Source of the DNA: Escherichia coli
GTDB taxonomy: Bacteria; Pseudomonadota; Gammaproteobacteria; Enterobacterales; Enterobacteriaceae
Length of the DNA: 64,000 bases
Assembly (NCBI RefSeq): GCF_029227855.1
Contig: NZ_CP074356.1
Direction: 5' to 3' (one strand)
In this document: positions 22,897-37,500 of the stretch, one piece after another
Numbering within the stretch: position 1 is the first letter of the stretch
Layout of the letters: each line of letters starts with the position of its first letter
Position numbers and translations under genes: made by a program
The notes under the pieces: model-generated
The model's database searches: none
Seen by the model: the letters and a program-made list of their open reading frames with translations, nothing else
What the model was told of the DNA's origin: nothing

Positions 22897-23076
22897 AGTT
22901 GTTATCCGTGTGCGTGTCCATAGAGATGTTACATTTTGTTTCTATAACATCTTTGTGCAATTTAACAACACAGCAACCATGTAAATCGGAGTTGAAACCA
23001 ATATTTAACTTAACAATGTTAACTCGATCACTCCGTTAACCGAGTTTTCCTGCAATCTCATTTAATTCTGTCGGGC

Positions 23077-24238
<1,162 letters not shown>

Positions 24239-24239
<1 letters not shown>

Positions 24240-25096
24240 TATTTCACCTCGCGGGAAAGTAGCTTCCACCAGGCGTCGATGGTCGGGTTTTTCGCCAGCA
24301 TGACAAAGTCGATATCGCCATGCACTTTGCGCCAGCGCGCCGCCAGCGCCATCATCCGCACCGAATCCAGACCGTAGTCGATCAGGTTGTCGTCATCGAA
24401 CGGTTCATCGGACTCGTCCAGCAACGGCAGGATCACCTCACGCAGCGCCGCTTTGCTGGCGGGGACAGGTGCTGGCAGCAATTCTTCGGTCATCACCACC
24501 CGGCCAGAACGTCCGGCCACATATTTCAGCGACATCAAATGCTCGTCACGGCTGAAATCAGCCAGCGCATCCGCCACCATAAACGGTTTAATATCGCGCA
24601 TAAATGCGTCCGTTGCGGTGGTCATACAGCCAATGTGGGCATATACCCCGGTAATAATCAGCTGGTTACGTCCACTCTCTTTCAGCATTTGCTCCAGCGG
24701 GGAACGATGAAACGCGCTGTAGCGCCACTTCACCAGCACCGTGTCGTCGGCATCTGGCGTCAGGCGATCCACCACCTTTTGCTGTTCCGGCGAACGGGTC
24801 AGGCCAGGCCCCCACATATCATTCAACAGCGCCCGATCTTCATCGCTCTGCTCTTTCGGCTGGGCGGTGTAATAAACCGGGATATTGTGCTGTTTGCAGT
24901 AGTCGCGTAGTGCCGCAATATTCGCGATCACCTGCTCCATCATCGGGCAGTTCTCGCCCCAGAAGCTGACAAAATAGTCCTGCATATCATGGATTAACAA
25001 CGCGGCACGTTGCGGTTCAAAGGCCCAGTCAACTTTATTCTGCGGAATATCGTGAGACTCCGGCAGTGCGTAAGCCTGTAATTTTGGAATAGCCAT
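24239..25096 (-). CDS. entB: Isochorismatase / aryl carrier protein EntB, 285 aa
   Basis: ORF track 24239..25096, MAIPKLQAYALPESHDIPQNKVDWAFEPQRAALLIHDMQDYF...; C-terminal carrier domain (DNLIDYGLDSVRMMAL). Confidence 0.95.
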
Positions 25097-25109
25097 CGTG
25101 TTCTCTCCT

Positions 25110-26720
25110 TCAGGCTGATGCGCGTGACGCCAGCCACTGACGTAATTGTTTTTTATCGACTTTCCCGACCGCCGTCAGCGGAAGTGAATCCACACACTCC
25201 ACGCGATCCGGTAATTTAAATTCGGCAATACCCTGTTCACGCAGGAAACGACGCACCTGCACCGCGCGTAGAGGCTCTTTTACCACCAGATAAGCACAGC
25301 TTTTTTCGCCCATCAGCTCATCTTCCATACTCACCAGTGCGGCGTAGATCACCGCCGGATGGCGCAGCAGCAGGTTTTCGATCTCTTCGGCAGCGATCTT
25401 CTCGCCGCCACGGTTGATCTGATCTTTCTCGCGCCCCTGCACGGTGATGTACCCCTCTGGATCAATAGAGATCAGATCACCAGAACAGTAAAAACCGTTG
25501 GCATCAAAGGCGCTGGCATTGTGCTGCGGGCTTTTGTAATAGCCGCGGAAGGTGTACGGACCGCGCGTCATCAGGCGTCCGACTTCCCCTTGCGGCAGTG
25601 GATTTCCTTCGGCATCGGCAACCCACACTTCATCGTCCGGACACATTGGATAGCCCTGGGTATGGATTATTTTCTCCGCGCTATCATCAAGTCGGGTGTA
25701 GTTCACCAGTCCTTCCGCCATGCCGAATACCTGCTGTAACTGGCAGCCAATCTCTGCGGGAATACGCGCCGCAAGCGTGGCAGAAAGACGTGCACCACCG
25801 ACCTGTAACAGTTTCAGCGAGGCAAGCTGCGCCCGGCTTTCGCCTTCGGTCAGCGCCTGTAACCACAGGCTGACTGCGGGTGGCACCAGCGCGGTGACGT
25901 TCACCTGATGTTTTTCAATCAATGGGAAGCAGAGCGTGGCGCTGGGGTCGGCAGCCAGAACGACAGTGCCGCCAGCGAGAAATACGCCCAGCGATCCTGG
26001 CGAACTCATGGCGTAGTTATGAGCCGCCGGGATCGCGCACAGGTAGCGTGTCTGTTGTGTGAACTGACAAATCTCGACGCTACGACGCACGCTGTAGTAA
26101 TAGTCGTTATGAGTGCGCGGGATCAGTTTCGGTGTGCCGGTGGTGCCGCCGGAAAGCTGGAAATAGGCCACTTCATCAGCAGGTGACGGCGTGGCAGTAA
26201 AATCCTCAGCCGGATGGTTAATCGCATCCTGCAAATTATGCTCACCGCTGTCGTTGTGCAGTTGCACCACGCGAATGGAGGAATGCTCTGCAACAAATGT
26301 ATTGAGGAAATCATCTCCGCTAAACAGCGCATGCTGGCGATCGGCAATCAGTAACGCCGGTTCAATCTGGCTGGCATAGGCGTTCAGTTCACTACGCTGA
26401 TGGCTGAACAGCGCCAGCACCGGCGAAACGCCCAGTTTCAGCAGCGCGAAAAAAGTAATGTAAAGTTCAGCGACGTTACCCAGTTGTACCAGCGCAGTTT
26501 CACCAGGTTTAATGCCCTGACGGCGCAAACTACACGCGAGGTTATCCGCCGCCTGATTCAGCTCCCGGTAACTCAACTGCCGCTCGCCGTCGATGACCGC
26601 GATGCTGTCGCTTGCGGCATGACGGGTCAGAATGTCGGTCAGCGGCAAATCCTGCCAGTAGCCTTTTTCCCGATAGCGACGGGCAAACTCTTCCGGCCAG
26701 CGGGTGAATGGAATGCTCAT
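25110..26720 (-). CDS. entE: 2,3-dihydroxybenzoate-AMP ligase EntE, 536 aa
   Basis: ORF 25110..26726 (upstream GTG); start taken at ATG 26720 ([24 protein letters not shown]...); adenylation-domain motifs. Confidence 0.93.
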   Translation of the reverse strand: MSIPFTRWPEEFARRYREKGYWQDLPLTDILTRHAASDSIAVIDGERQLSYRELNQAADNLACSLRRQGIKPGETALVQLGNVAELYITFFALLKLGVSPVLALFSHQRSELNAYASQIEPALLIADRQHALFSGDDFLNTFVAEHSSIRVVQLHNDSGEHNLQDAINHPAEDFTATPSPADEVAYFQLSGGTTGTPKLIPRTHNDYYYSVRRSVEICQFTQQTRYLCAIPAAHNYAMSSPGSLGVFLAGGTVVLAADPSATLCFPLIEKHQVNVTALVPPAVSLWLQALTEGESRAQLASLKLLQVGGARLSATLAARIPAEIGCQLQQVFGMAEGLVNYTRLDDSAEKIIHTQGYPMCPDDEVWVADAEGNPLPQGEVGRLMTRGPYTFRGYYKSPQHNASAFDANGFYCSGDLISIDPEGYITVQGREKDQINRGGEKIAAEEIENLLLRHPAVIYAALVSMEDELMGEKSCAYLVVKEPLRAVQVRRFLREQGIAEFKLPDRVECVDSLPLTAVGKVDKKQLRQWLASRASA

Positions 26721-26729
26721 CCTCACTCC

Positions 26730-27905
<1,176 letters not shown>

Positions 27906-27933
27906 ATCATCCTCCACAAAATGATAAAGGCTT

Positions 27934-27953
27934 TAATAATGATTATCATTTAT
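27934..27953. promoter_or_regulatory. Fur box in the divergent entC / fepB promoter region
   Basis: TAATAATGATTATCATTTAT matches the Fur consensus GATAATGATAATCATTATC; lies between the divergent iron-regulated genes. Confidence 0.7.
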
Positions 27954-28093
27954 ATTTTCGGTCGCTAACCTAAAAGCAAACGCGCACTATGTCAACTCTT
28001 GAGGTAACGCAATCTGCAACTCGGGGTTGCATCTGGTTGTGGTTACAATGAAAATGAGAAGCATTAACTTCATTAATAACAGGAAGCTGATTT

Positions 28094-29050
28094 GTGAGAC
28101 TCGCCTCGCTCTACCGCAACGCCCTTCTATTAACAGGACTTTTGCTTTCAGGAATAGTCGCAGTTCAGGCCGCCGACTGGCCGCGTCAGATTACTGACAG
28201 CCGGGGCACTCATACCCTGGAAAGCCAGCCGCAGCGTATTGTTTCCACCAGCGTCACCCTGACTGGCTCACTGCTGGCGATTGATGCTCCGGTGATTGCC
28301 AGCGGCGCGACCACGCCGAATAACCGCGTCGCGGATGACCAGGGCTTTTTACGCCAGTGGAGCAAGGTGGCGAAAGAACGCAAACTGCAACGGCTCTATA
28401 TCGGCGAACCGAGCGCCGAAGCCGTTGCCGCGCAAATGCCGGATTTGATTTTAATTAGCGCAACCGGCGGGGATTCGGCGCTGGCGCTGTATGATCAGCT
28501 TTCCACCATCGCCCCGACATTAATCATCAATTACGACGACAAAAGCTGGCAGTCGCTGTTAACGCAACTTGGCGAAATTACCGGGCATGAGAAACAAGCG
28601 GCAGAGCGGATTGCACAGTTTGATAAGCAACTGGCAGCGGCGAAAGAGCAAATCAAATTACCGCCGCAGCCGGTCACTGCCATTGTCTATACCGCCGCTG
28701 CACACAGTGCCAATCTCTGGACGCCGGAATCAGCACAAGGGCAGATGCTGGAACAACTCGGCTTTACGTTGGCGAAATTGCCCGCAGGGTTAAACGCCAG
28801 CCAAAGCCAGGGCAAACGCCATGACATCATTCAGCTTGGTGGTGAAAATCTGGCTGCAGGGTTAAATGGCGAGTCACTATTCCTGTTCGCCGGTGATCAG
28901 AAAGATGCCGATGCTATTTATGCCAATCCACTGCTCGCGCACCTGCCCGCAGTACAAAACAAGCAGGTTTATGCGCTGGGAACCGAGACGTTCCGACTGG
29001 ATTACTACAGCGCCATGCAAGTGCTGGAACGACTTAAGGCGCTGTTTTAA
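28094..29050 (+). CDS. fepB: Ferric-enterobactin periplasmic binding protein FepB, 318 aa
   Basis: ORF track 28094..29050 (initiates at GTG), [38 protein letters not shown]... signal peptide plus substrate-binding fold. Confidence 0.9.
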   Translation: MRLASLYRNALLLTGLLLSGIVAVQAADWPRQITDSRGTHTLESQPQRIVSTSVTLTGSLLAIDAPVIASGATTPNNRVADDQGFLRQWSKVAKERKLQRLYIGEPSAEAVAAQMPDLILISATGGDSALALYDQLSTIAPTLIINYDDKSWQSLLTQLGEITGHEKQAAERIAQFDKQLAAAKEQIKLPPQPVTAIVYTAAAHSANLWTPESAQGQMLEQLGFTLAKLPAGLNASQSQGKRHDIIQLGGENLAAGLNGESLFLFAGDQKDADAIYANPLLAHLPAVQNKQVYALGTETFRLDYYSAMQVLERLKALF

Positions 29051-29053
29051 GCA

Positions 29054-30304
29054 TTAACTGTCGGACGCTGCCACCTGCGGCGGCGTCTGGCGAAAACGTC
29101 GCAACTCCACCAGCACCAGCAACAACAACACGCCGATAATCAACAAACCAAAACCGCTCGCGCTTGCGGAAGCAACCGGTGTCATCATCGCGCCCAAACC
29201 GCCCAGCAGCGCCGCGCCTATGGCATCGCCCGTCACGTTTTGCGCCGTCCACAAACCGTTAATCCGCCCTAACATCGCTTCCGGGGTTTGCGTTTGCAGC
29301 ATTGTGTATTGCAGCAACGAACTAACCGCGCTCAGCCAGCCGAACAGCGCCAGACAAACCACGCCTAAAATCCACATCGGCATCAGGCCAAACAGACCAA
29401 TGGCGAGGAACGATCCCAGCGTGGAAAGCAGCATCAATAACCCTGGTCGCGCGCTATGTGCCAGCTTACCGCTGGTTAACGCGCCAATAGCCGCGCCGAG
29501 CGGGATCGCCGCATAGAGAAAACCAATCTGTGCCGCCGACATCTGCCAGTTGTCAGCCAGCGCCGGATACAGTACCCGCACCGCGCTCGCCATCGTCAAT
29601 AAACCACCCAGCAGCGCAATCCCTCCCACCAGCGGGCTGGCGAGCAGAAAACGAAATCCTGCCAGTAATGATTTCAACGGATGCTCACGCGGCTGCGGTG
29701 GCGGTGGCAACGCCGGAAGGCTTAACAACGGTAGCAAGGTAATAAACGTGCCCGCCGCCGCCAGCCCGTAGTTCCAGGCCACACCGCCGGTCGCCAGCAA
29801 TAAACCGCCAATCATAGGCGAAATCACCGACCCCAGACGCACGGTCAACATGGTGATCGCCCCGGCCTGCATTAAGTTTTCACGCCCTACCAGTGCAGGT
29901 GTCGCCGCCAGTAGCGCCGTAACGCCAAGCGATGCGAAAAAACCATCCCATAATCCGAGTAAATAGATTGCCAGCAAAGATGGCTCCGGCAGCAACGCGT
30001 TCAGGCACAGTCCAATGAAGCCAATGCCACAGGTGCCGCGCGCCAGCAAAATCACTTTTTTGCGCTCATACCGATCCGCCAGCACACCGCCGACCATCAG
30101 GCCAACAAACATCGCCCCGCCGGTCAGCGTTACCGAAAGCCCCACCTGCCAGGTAGAATGCGTCATCATCTGGATCTGCACCGGCACCGCGACGCCGAGC
30201 AAACCCAGAGACACAATTGAGATAAAACGAGCGAGGAATACTGCGCGAAACGCCGGGTGCGTTTTCAACAGGCTGAGGTTAAGCAGCCAGGATTGTTTAT
30301 TCAT
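29054..30304 (-). CDS. entS: Enterobactin exporter EntS (MFS), 416 aa
   Basis: ORF track 29054..30304, [43 protein letters not shown]... Confidence 0.93.
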   Translation of the reverse strand: MNKQSWLLNLSLLKTHPAFRAVFLARFISIVSLGLLGVAVPVQIQMMTHSTWQVGLSVTLTGGAMFVGLMVGGVLADRYERKKVILLARGTCGIGFIGLCLNALLPEPSLLAIYLLGLWDGFFASLGVTALLAATPALVGRENLMQAGAITMLTVRLGSVISPMIGGLLLATGGVAWNYGLAAAGTFITLLPLLSLPALPPPPQPREHPLKSLLAGFRFLLASPLVGGIALLGGLLTMASAVRVLYPALADNWQMSAAQIGFLYAAIPLGAAIGALTSGKLAHSARPGLLMLLSTLGSFLAIGLFGLMPMWILGVVCLALFGWLSAVSSLLQYTMLQTQTPEAMLGRINGLWTAQNVTGDAIGAALLGGLGAMMTPVASASASGFGLLIIGVLLLLVLVELRRFRQTPPQVAASDS

Positions 30305-30377
30305 TACAATGCCTTGCCATCAAATATTTTAAATACCTATTCTTAGGCTGCACATGCTAACATATCCAAATAAGATC

Positions 30378-30403
30378 GATAACGATAATTAATTTCATTA
30401 TCA
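30378..30403. promoter_or_regulatory. Fur box in the divergent entS / fepD promoter region
   Basis: GATAACGATAATTAATTTCATTATCA, a Fur-consensus-like AT-rich repeat between the divergent genes. Confidence 0.65.
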
Positions 30404-30414
30404 TGGAAGTTCGT

Positions 30415-31419
30415 ATGTCTGGTTCTGTTGCCGTGACACGCGCCATTGCCGTGCCCGGATTGCTGTTATTACTGATTATCGCGACGGCATTAAGCCTGCT
30501 CATTGGGGCAAAATCACTCCCCGCTTCCGTAGTGCTGGAGGCGCTCTCCGGCACCTGCCAGAGCGCCGACTGCACCATTGTGCTCGACGCCCGTCTGCCG
30601 CGCACCCTTGCCGGTTTACTGGCAGGCGGTGCGCTTGGGCTTGCCGGGGCGCTGATGCAAACCCTCACCCGAAACCCACTTGCCGACCCCGGCTTGCTTG
30701 GCGTGAACGCCGGAGCCAGCTTTGCCATTGTGCTGGGTGCGGCGCTGTTTGGTTACTCTTCCGCACAGGAACAACTGGCGATGGCCTTCGCCGGGGCGCT
30801 GGTGGCCTCATTGATTGTTGCCTTTACCGGCAGCCAGGGCGGCGGGCAGTTAAGTCCGGTGCGTTTAACCCTGGCGGGCGTGGCACTGGCGGCGGTGCTG
30901 GAAGGGCTGACCAGCGGCATCGCCCTGCTTAATCCTGACGTCTACGATCAGTTGCGTTTCTGGCAAGCCGGTTCGCTGGATATTCGCAATCTACATACCT
31001 TAAAAGTGGTGCTGATCCCGGTGCTGATCGCCGGAGCAACCGCGCTATTACTGAGCCGCGCGCTGAACAGTTTAAGCCTCGGCAGTGACACCGCGACGGC
31101 GCTGGGTAGTCGCGTGGCGCGCACACAGTTGATTGGTCTGCTGGCGATTACCGTGCTTTGTGGTAGTGCGACGGCGGTAGTTGGCCCGATTGCCTTTATT
31201 GGCCTGATGATGCCGCATATGGCACGTTGGTTGGTGGGTGCCGATCATCGCTGGTCGCTGCCCGTCACGCTGCTTGCTACCCCTGCCCTGCTGCTGTTTG
31301 CCGATATCATCGGGCGGGTGATTGTGCCCGGCGAACTGCGCGTTTCTGTAGTCAGTGCCTTTATTGGCGCACCGGTGCTGATCTTCCTCGTGCGACGTAA
31401 AACGCGAGGTGGCGCATGA
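30415..31419 (+). CDS. fepD: Ferric-enterobactin ABC transporter permease FepD, 334 aa
   Basis: ORF 30403..31419; start taken at ATG 30415 (MSGSVAVTRAIAVPGLLLLLIIATALSLLIGAK...). Confidence 0.9.
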   Translation: MSGSVAVTRAIAVPGLLLLLIIATALSLLIGAKSLPASVVLEALSGTCQSADCTIVLDARLPRTLAGLLAGGALGLAGALMQTLTRNPLADPGLLGVNAGASFAIVLGAALFGYSSAQEQLAMAFAGALVASLIVAFTGSQGGGQLSPVRLTLAGVALAAVLEGLTSGIALLNPDVYDQLRFWQAGSLDIRNLHTLKVVLIPVLIAGATALLLSRALNSLSLGSDTATALGSRVARTQLIGLLAITVLCGSATAVVGPIAFIGLMMPHMARWLVGADHRWSLPVTLLATPALLLFADIIGRVIVPGELRVSVVSAFIGAPVLIFLVRRKTRGGA

Positions 31420-32408
31420 TTTACGTCTCTCGCCGATTAATCATCACCTGTTTGCTGCTAATTACCGCCTGTGTGGTTGCAGGTATCTGGGGATTACGCA
31501 GCGGTGCCGTCACGCTGGAAACCTCGCAGATATTCGCCGCGCTGATGGGCGATGCGCCGCGCAGTATGACGATGGTGGTCACCGAATGGCGTTTACCACG
31601 CGTGCTGATGGCGCTGTTAATTGGCGCGGCTCTGGGCGTCAGCGGCGCGATTTTTCAGTCGCTGATGCGTAACCCGCTCGGCAGCCCTGACGTAATGGGC
31701 TTTAACACCGGGGCGTGGAGCGGCGTGCTGGTGGCGATGGTGCTGTTTGGTCAGGACCTGACGGCTATCGCCCTGGCAGCAATGGTGGGCGGCATTGTCA
31801 CCTCGCTGCTGGTCTGGCTGCTTGCCTGGCGTAACGGTATCGACACCTTTCGGTTAATTATTATCGGTATCGGTGTTCGCGCCATGCTGGTGGCCTTTAA
31901 TACCTGGTTGTTGCTGAAAGCGTCTTTAGAAACGGCGCTAACAGCGGGTTTGTGGAATGCCGGATCGCTCAACGGCCTGACGTGGGCAAAAACCTCGCCT
32001 TCCGCGCCCATCATTATATTGATGCTCATTGCCGCCGCCTTACTGGTACGCCGGATGCGCTTGCTGGAAATGGGCGATGATACCGCGTGTGCGTTGGGCG
32101 TCAGCGTCGAACGTTCGCGGCTGTTAATGATGCTGGTGGCAGTGGTGCTCACCGCTGCGGCAACGGCGCTTGCCGGGCCGATTTCCTTTATTGCTTTAGT
32201 CGCGCCACACATTGCCCGGCGCATTAGCGGCACCGCTCGCTGGGGGCTGACCCAGGCGGCGCTGTGCGGGGCGTTGTTACTGCTGGCGGCCGATCTCTGC
32301 GCCCAACAACTGTTTATGCCGTATCAACTTCCGGTTGGCGTCGTTACCGTCAGCCTCGGTGGTATTTACCTTATCGTCTTGTTAATTCAGGAGTCTCGCA
32401 AAAAATGA
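31416..32408 (+). CDS. fepG: Ferric-enterobactin ABC transporter permease FepG, 330 aa
   Basis: ORF track 31416..32408; ATGA start/stop overlap with fepD. Confidence 0.92.
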   Translation: MIYVSRRLIITCLLLITACVVAGIWGLRSGAVTLETSQIFAALMGDAPRSMTMVVTEWRLPRVLMALLIGAALGVSGAIFQSLMRNPLGSPDVMGFNTGAWSGVLVAMVLFGQDLTAIALAAMVGGIVTSLLVWLLAWRNGIDTFRLIIIGIGVRAMLVAFNTWLLLKASLETALTAGLWNAGSLNGLTWAKTSPSAPIIILMLIAAALLVRRMRLLEMGDDTACALGVSVERSRLLMMLVAVVLTAAATALAGPISFIALVAPHIARRISGTARWGLTQAALCGALLLLAADLCAQQLFMPYQLPVGVVTVSLGGIYLIVLLIQESRKK

Positions 32409-33220
32409 CCGAATCAGTAGCCCGTTTGCGTGGCGAACAGTTAACCCTCGGATATGGCAAATATACCGTTGCGGAAAATCTGACTGTAGAAATTCCTGAT
32501 GGTCACTTCACGGCAATTATCGGGCCAAATGGCTGCGGTAAATCCACGTTACTGCGTACTTTAAGCCGCCTGATGACGCCTGCTCACGGGCATGTCTGGC
32601 TGGATGGTGAGCACATTCAACATTACGCCAGTAAAGAGGTTGCACGCCGGATTGGCCTGTTGGCGCAAAATGCTACCACGCCGGGCGATATCACCGTGCA
32701 GGAGCTGGTGGCGCGTGGACGTTACCCGCATCAACCGCTGTTTACCCGCTGGCGCAAAGAGGATGAAGAAGCGGTAACGAAAGCGATGCAGGCCACGGGA
32801 ATCACTCATCTGGCAGATCAAAGCGTGGATACCCTTTCTGGCGGACAACGCCAGCGAGCGTGGATAGCAATGGTGCTGGCCCAGGAAACGGCAATTATGC
32901 TGCTCGATGAACCAACGACCTGGCTGGATATCAGTCATCAGATTGATTTGCTGGAACTGTTAAGCGAACTGAACCGCGAGAAAGGCTATACCCTGGCGGC
33001 GGTGCTGCACGATCTTAATCAGGCCTGTCGTTACGCCAGCCATTTGATTGCATTGCGGGAAGGGAAAATTGTTGCTCAGGGAGCGCCGAAAGAGATTGTC
33101 ACTGCTGAATTGATCGAGCGCATTTATGGTCTGCGCTGCATGATAATTGACGATCCGGTTGCCGGAACGCCGCTCGTGGTGCCGCTCGGACGAACGGCAC
33201 CTTCAACCGCAAATAGTTAA
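32405..33220 (+). CDS. fepC: Ferric-enterobactin ABC transporter ATPase FepC, 271 aa
   Basis: ORF 32264..33220; start taken at ATG 32405 (MTESVARLRGEQLTLGYGKY...); Walker A GPNGCGKST and LSGGQRQR signature; ATGA overlap with fepG. Confidence 0.92.
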   Translation: MTESVARLRGEQLTLGYGKYTVAENLTVEIPDGHFTAIIGPNGCGKSTLLRTLSRLMTPAHGHVWLDGEHIQHYASKEVARRIGLLAQNATTPGDITVQELVARGRYPHQPLFTRWRKEDEEAVTKAMQATGITHLADQSVDTLSGGQRQRAWIAMVLAQETAIMLLDEPTTWLDISHQIDLLELLSELNREKGYTLAAVLHDLNQACRYASHLIALREGKIVAQGAPKEIVTAELIERIYGLRCMIIDDPVAGTPLVVPLGRTAPSTANS

Positions 33221-34350
33221 ACTAAGTGCTCTTCCATCACGGCATCCTGTTTTCTGGATGCCATCGCATGGCGCAACAGCACGCCACCACAAGCCACCAT
33301 CCCGCCGATCATCGCAGAAAGGATCACAATAATCGCCTTACCCGGACCGTCTTTTTTCACTGGCAATGACGGGCTTAACTGATATTTAAACGGCGTAAAA
33401 TTCACATCGTTGATATTTGCTTTTGTTAACTGCTCAACAAGATACTGACGATTACGTAATTCACCGTTCAGTTCCGCAACGTCAGTAACCGCTTTTTCAA
33501 TTTCCAGTTTGCGTTCAATACCGTCTGCGCCGAGAGAAATAGAGAAATCGGGGTCATCTTTAACGGCCTGACCATTACTGTAAACGGGCTTTTTAATTCC
33601 TGCCGCGTTAGCAATGTCGAGTGAATAATTGAGGCGCTGAATGTTTGCATCAAGTTGATTTTTCGTTTTAATGCGGTCCTGAGCCAGTTTTTCTTTTTCA
33701 AACTGGGTTTTGATCTCCAGTTTATTACGGACGTTTTCTATCGACTCTTTCACCACCAACGCAGAGATATAATCGATATACCCTCTCAAAACGGTCTGCG
33801 CCTCTTCACTGGTTGGCGCGGTAAAACTTAGCGTCCAGGAGTTATACAGTGACGGTTCATCTTTTTTCTTACTGGCATTGTCATCAACCGCTTTCATTTT
33901 TTCGCTCAATGCGACAATTGCGCGATGCAAATCCAGTTCGTCGATTTTCGCCTCTTTTAATTGGTCCATCACATAAGGTGTTGAGCGCAGGTACTCTTCC
34001 AGCAAGCTAACCGACTGAAACTTCTTGATAAACAGGTTAAATGCTTCTGTACGATCAATTTTGATATCCAGATCCAGCACACGAAGCTTAGTGAATGTTT
34101 TCTCAAGCGCCTGCCACTGAACAGGTTCTGGAGGCGTGACAACCGCCACGCTGGTCCATTTTTGCGGCAGGATGAAAGAGATCAGTAAACCTGCGCAGGC
34201 AAATGCAAAAATGACCGCCATGACCGTTTTTTTGGCCCGCCATAAAACTGCGATTAGATTAAGTAAATCAATTTCATTATTACTGGGCGACGCCAGAGGA
34301 TACTCGGGAAAATGAGCGTCACTTCCCTGTTTAATATTCAGTGATGACAT
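33217..34350 (-). CDS. fepE: FepE, Wzz-family polysaccharide co-polymerase (O-antigen chain-length regulator), 377 aa
   Basis: ORF track 33217..34350, MSSLNIKQGSDAHFPEYPLASPSNNEIDLLNLIAVLWRAKK...; two-TM Wzz architecture. Confidence 0.9.
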   Translation of the reverse strand: MSSLNIKQGSDAHFPEYPLASPSNNEIDLLNLIAVLWRAKKTVMAVIFAFACAGLLISFILPQKWTSVAVVTPPEPVQWQALEKTFTKLRVLDLDIKIDRTEAFNLFIKKFQSVSLLEEYLRSTPYVMDQLKEAKIDELDLHRAIVALSEKMKAVDDNASKKKDEPSLYNSWTLSFTAPTSEEAQTVLRGYIDYISALVVKESIENVRNKLEIKTQFEKEKLAQDRIKTKNQLDANIQRLNYSLDIANAAGIKKPVYSNGQAVKDDPDFSISLGADGIERKLEIEKAVTDVAELNGELRNRQYLVEQLTKANINDVNFTPFKYQLSPSLPVKKDGPGKAIIVILSAMIGGMVACGGVLLRHAMASRKQDAVMEEHLV

Positions 34351-34565
34351 GGGGTATAACCTGAAAATGAGTCCAATAGGGGGAAATCTCCACGGCGCTC
34401 ACTTTACCAGTTGGTGAGAATTATCCGAAGCTGAAGTTTGTAAATTCCTTCCACTGAATGCAACATTCACTCTATTTAAGAGAAATATCCACCAAATCCA
34501 TAAATTAAATAAATGATAAACCCATAATTATTTCCTGTAATTATGGGTTTATCGATAATATTAAT

Positions 34566-37500
34566 TTACCTGTTTAGCGTAGCGCGAATAATCGGCCCAA
34601 TTTTTTCAAACGCCCCTGGAGAGATAATATCCACATGCGCACAATCCTGACGATAGATATCCAGCTCCGCAATCCACGGCGACCAGGCGCGTTCGGGATT
34701 CATACCTTCCTGAAGCGTGCGTTCAGCAACAAACAGCGTCGCTTTACCGTCAAACGGTACACTATGAGCAGTCGTCAGCAGGCGCACAGCATCAGCGTAG
34801 TTGCCTTCAATGGTGGTAAACAACTCCGTTGAAGTACTTCCCTGCTGTGCCGCCAGGAAGGCCTCGCGCTCGCGGTTAATCTCCGCCAGCACTTCCGGGT
34901 CCAGGCCATTAGCCTCTTTTTCCTGCCAGTTTTGCGTTTCTGGCGGCCAGGTATCCAGCAAGCCAAAAAATGCCACCTGTTCGCCACGGGCACGCAGCCG
35001 CGCCGCAATACCCTGCGCCAGCGTACCGCCCAGCGAATAACCCAGCAGGTAATAAGGGCCGTGCGGTTGATGCTCAAGTAACGTTGCCAGATGCGCTTCG
35101 CAGACTTCATCCAGATTTGCCGCGGTCTGCATGGGGCCATTGGGGCGCGGCGACTGAATGCCGATAATCGACCATTGTGGATCGAGATAACGCGAGAGCA
35201 CGCTGAACTGCCAGGCAAAACCGGACGCAGGATGGAAACAAAACAGCGTCGGGCCATTACCTTCACGCAACGGCAGAATGGTTTCGAATCCCATGCGCCG
35301 GGAGCTGTCTTCTTCACCATCAATAATCGTTGCCAGTTTGGCGACAGTTGACGCGACCATCACCTGCCCCGGCGTCACCTGGCGGGTAAACTGCCGACTT
35401 AACTGCGCAGCCAGTTTCATTGCCAGTAGCGAATGACCGCCAAGCGCGAAGAAATCAGCATCGGCATCCTGCACGTCACAACCCAGCAACGACGAGAATG
35501 CCGCGGCGATAATCGTTTCACTGCCCGCTTTCGGCGCACGCCCCGGCGCTTGTGCCTTCAGTTCAGGCAACGGTAAGGCTTTGCGATCCAGCTTGCCGTT
35601 GGCGCTAAGCGGCAACTGCGGAAGTTGCAGCAGAACCACGGGCACCATATGCGGTGGCAATGTTTCGCGCAACTGCGCCTGCAATGCAGTGGTATCCAAC
35701 GGCAGGCCTGATTGCGACACCAGATACCCAACCAACTGACGCGCATCGCCTCCCGTTGCGGCAGCCTGGTTAATAACGCAGGCGTGGGTCACGGCCTGTT
35801 CAACGTCCGGCAGCGCCTGCATCACGCGGTCGATTTCGCCCAGTTCGATACGCTGCCCGCGAATTTTTAGCTGATCGTCACTGCGCCCGAGGTACTCCAC
35901 CGCGCCGTTATCCAGCCAGCGGGCAACGTCTCCGGTACGGTACATCCGTTCACCTGGGGCAAAAGGATCGGCAATAAAGCGGCTGGCGGTCAGATCGGGG
36001 CGTCCGAGATAGCCCTGCGCCAGTTGTATGCCAGTGAGATAGAGATCACCCGCCACACCTGGCGGCACCGGATGCATCATCGCATCAAGAATACGCAGGC
36101 CCGTATTCCACACCGGATAACCAATCGGCACACTACTGCCGCGCACCTGTGCCAGTTCCTCGCCAAAAGCCGGATACCAGCTGACATCTACCGCCGCTTC
36201 CGTCGGGCCATATAGATTATGCAACGGCACGCTGGTTAACTGTTGCCATTCGCGGCATAAATCAGCGGGTAAGGCCTCACCACTACAGAAAACCTGTTTC
36301 AACGTCGCGCAATTCTGGCGAGCGGTTTGCGGCGTCAGCGATGCAACAAATGCCGCCAGCATCGACGGCACAAAGTGCGTAGTCGTTACGCCATATTCGG
36401 CAAAGAATTGCTGCATAGCGAGCGGGTCGCGGTGCGCTTCCGGTTCAGCCATCACCAGTTTAGCCCCGGCAATAAACGGCCAGAAAAACTCCCACACCGA
36501 GACATCAAAACTGCACGGCGTTTTTTGGGCAACGACATCTTCGCCTGTAAGCGGGTAGTGGTTTTGCATCCAAAGCAGGCGGTTAACGATAGCCGTCTGC
36601 CCGACCATTACCCCTTTCGGCCTGCCGGTGGAGCCAGAGGTAAAGATGATATAAGCCGTGTGGTGCGGTTGTGAAAGTTTCAGCGGCGCACTGCCCTGCG
36701 GTGTAAGCGGGGCGTTATAGCAAAGGCTGGTTAAATCTGGAACATCGGCAAAGCGCGGCAGTTGATCGTCGGTGGTGATTAACAGCGACGGACGCGCATC
36801 TTCCAGCATCATTTTCAGGCGATCGTCCGGATAGCCGGTATCCAGCGGTAACCAGGCCGCACCAGCCTCAACAATTGCATGTAGCGCCAGAGTCAAAAAG
36901 ACCGAGCGCGGTAGCGCCACCGCCACGCTGTCGCCTGGTTTAACGCCGCGCTCACGCAGCAGATTCGCCAGCGCCACCACCTGCTCGCGCATTTCCCGAT
37001 AGCTAAACTGGTAACTCGCATCAACCAGCGCCGGAGCATGCGGTGTTTTTGCCGCTTGTTCTGCCACCAGCGCGCTCAGCGTGGTTTCTGGAATCTCAAC
37101 CTGAGTGGCGTTGATCTGCGCCAGCTGCACATATTCACCTGGCAGCATAATATCGACATCGCCGCACAACAGCGCCGGATCCGCGGCGAACTGGGCAATC
37201 AGCATTTTCAGGCGTTCAGCATGCTGGATTAACGTTGGCTCATCGTAACGCTGTTTATTGGCGAGGATCTCAATACTCAAATCACCGTGTTCATCCGGGA
37301 ACAGGGCCAGTTCAAGGTCATTAACCGGACCGGTTGCCAGGGTATGGGTTTGCGTCTGAACACCAGGAATATCCAGTTGGTAATCAAATACCTTGATATT
37401 GAGTACCGGACCGAACAGCGGTTCCTCTCCTGCCGCTCGCCCGCTGTCACGGACAATTTGTTCGGCATCGTAACGTTGATAACGACGCATTTTTTTCAGT

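Noticed and set aside
22917-22945. 8-bp inverted repeat AGATGTTA(N13)TAACATCT upstream of cstA as a candidate CRP site
   Set aside because: Spacing and half-sites do not fit the CRP consensus TGTGA-N6-TCACA; I could not assign it to any regulator with confidence.
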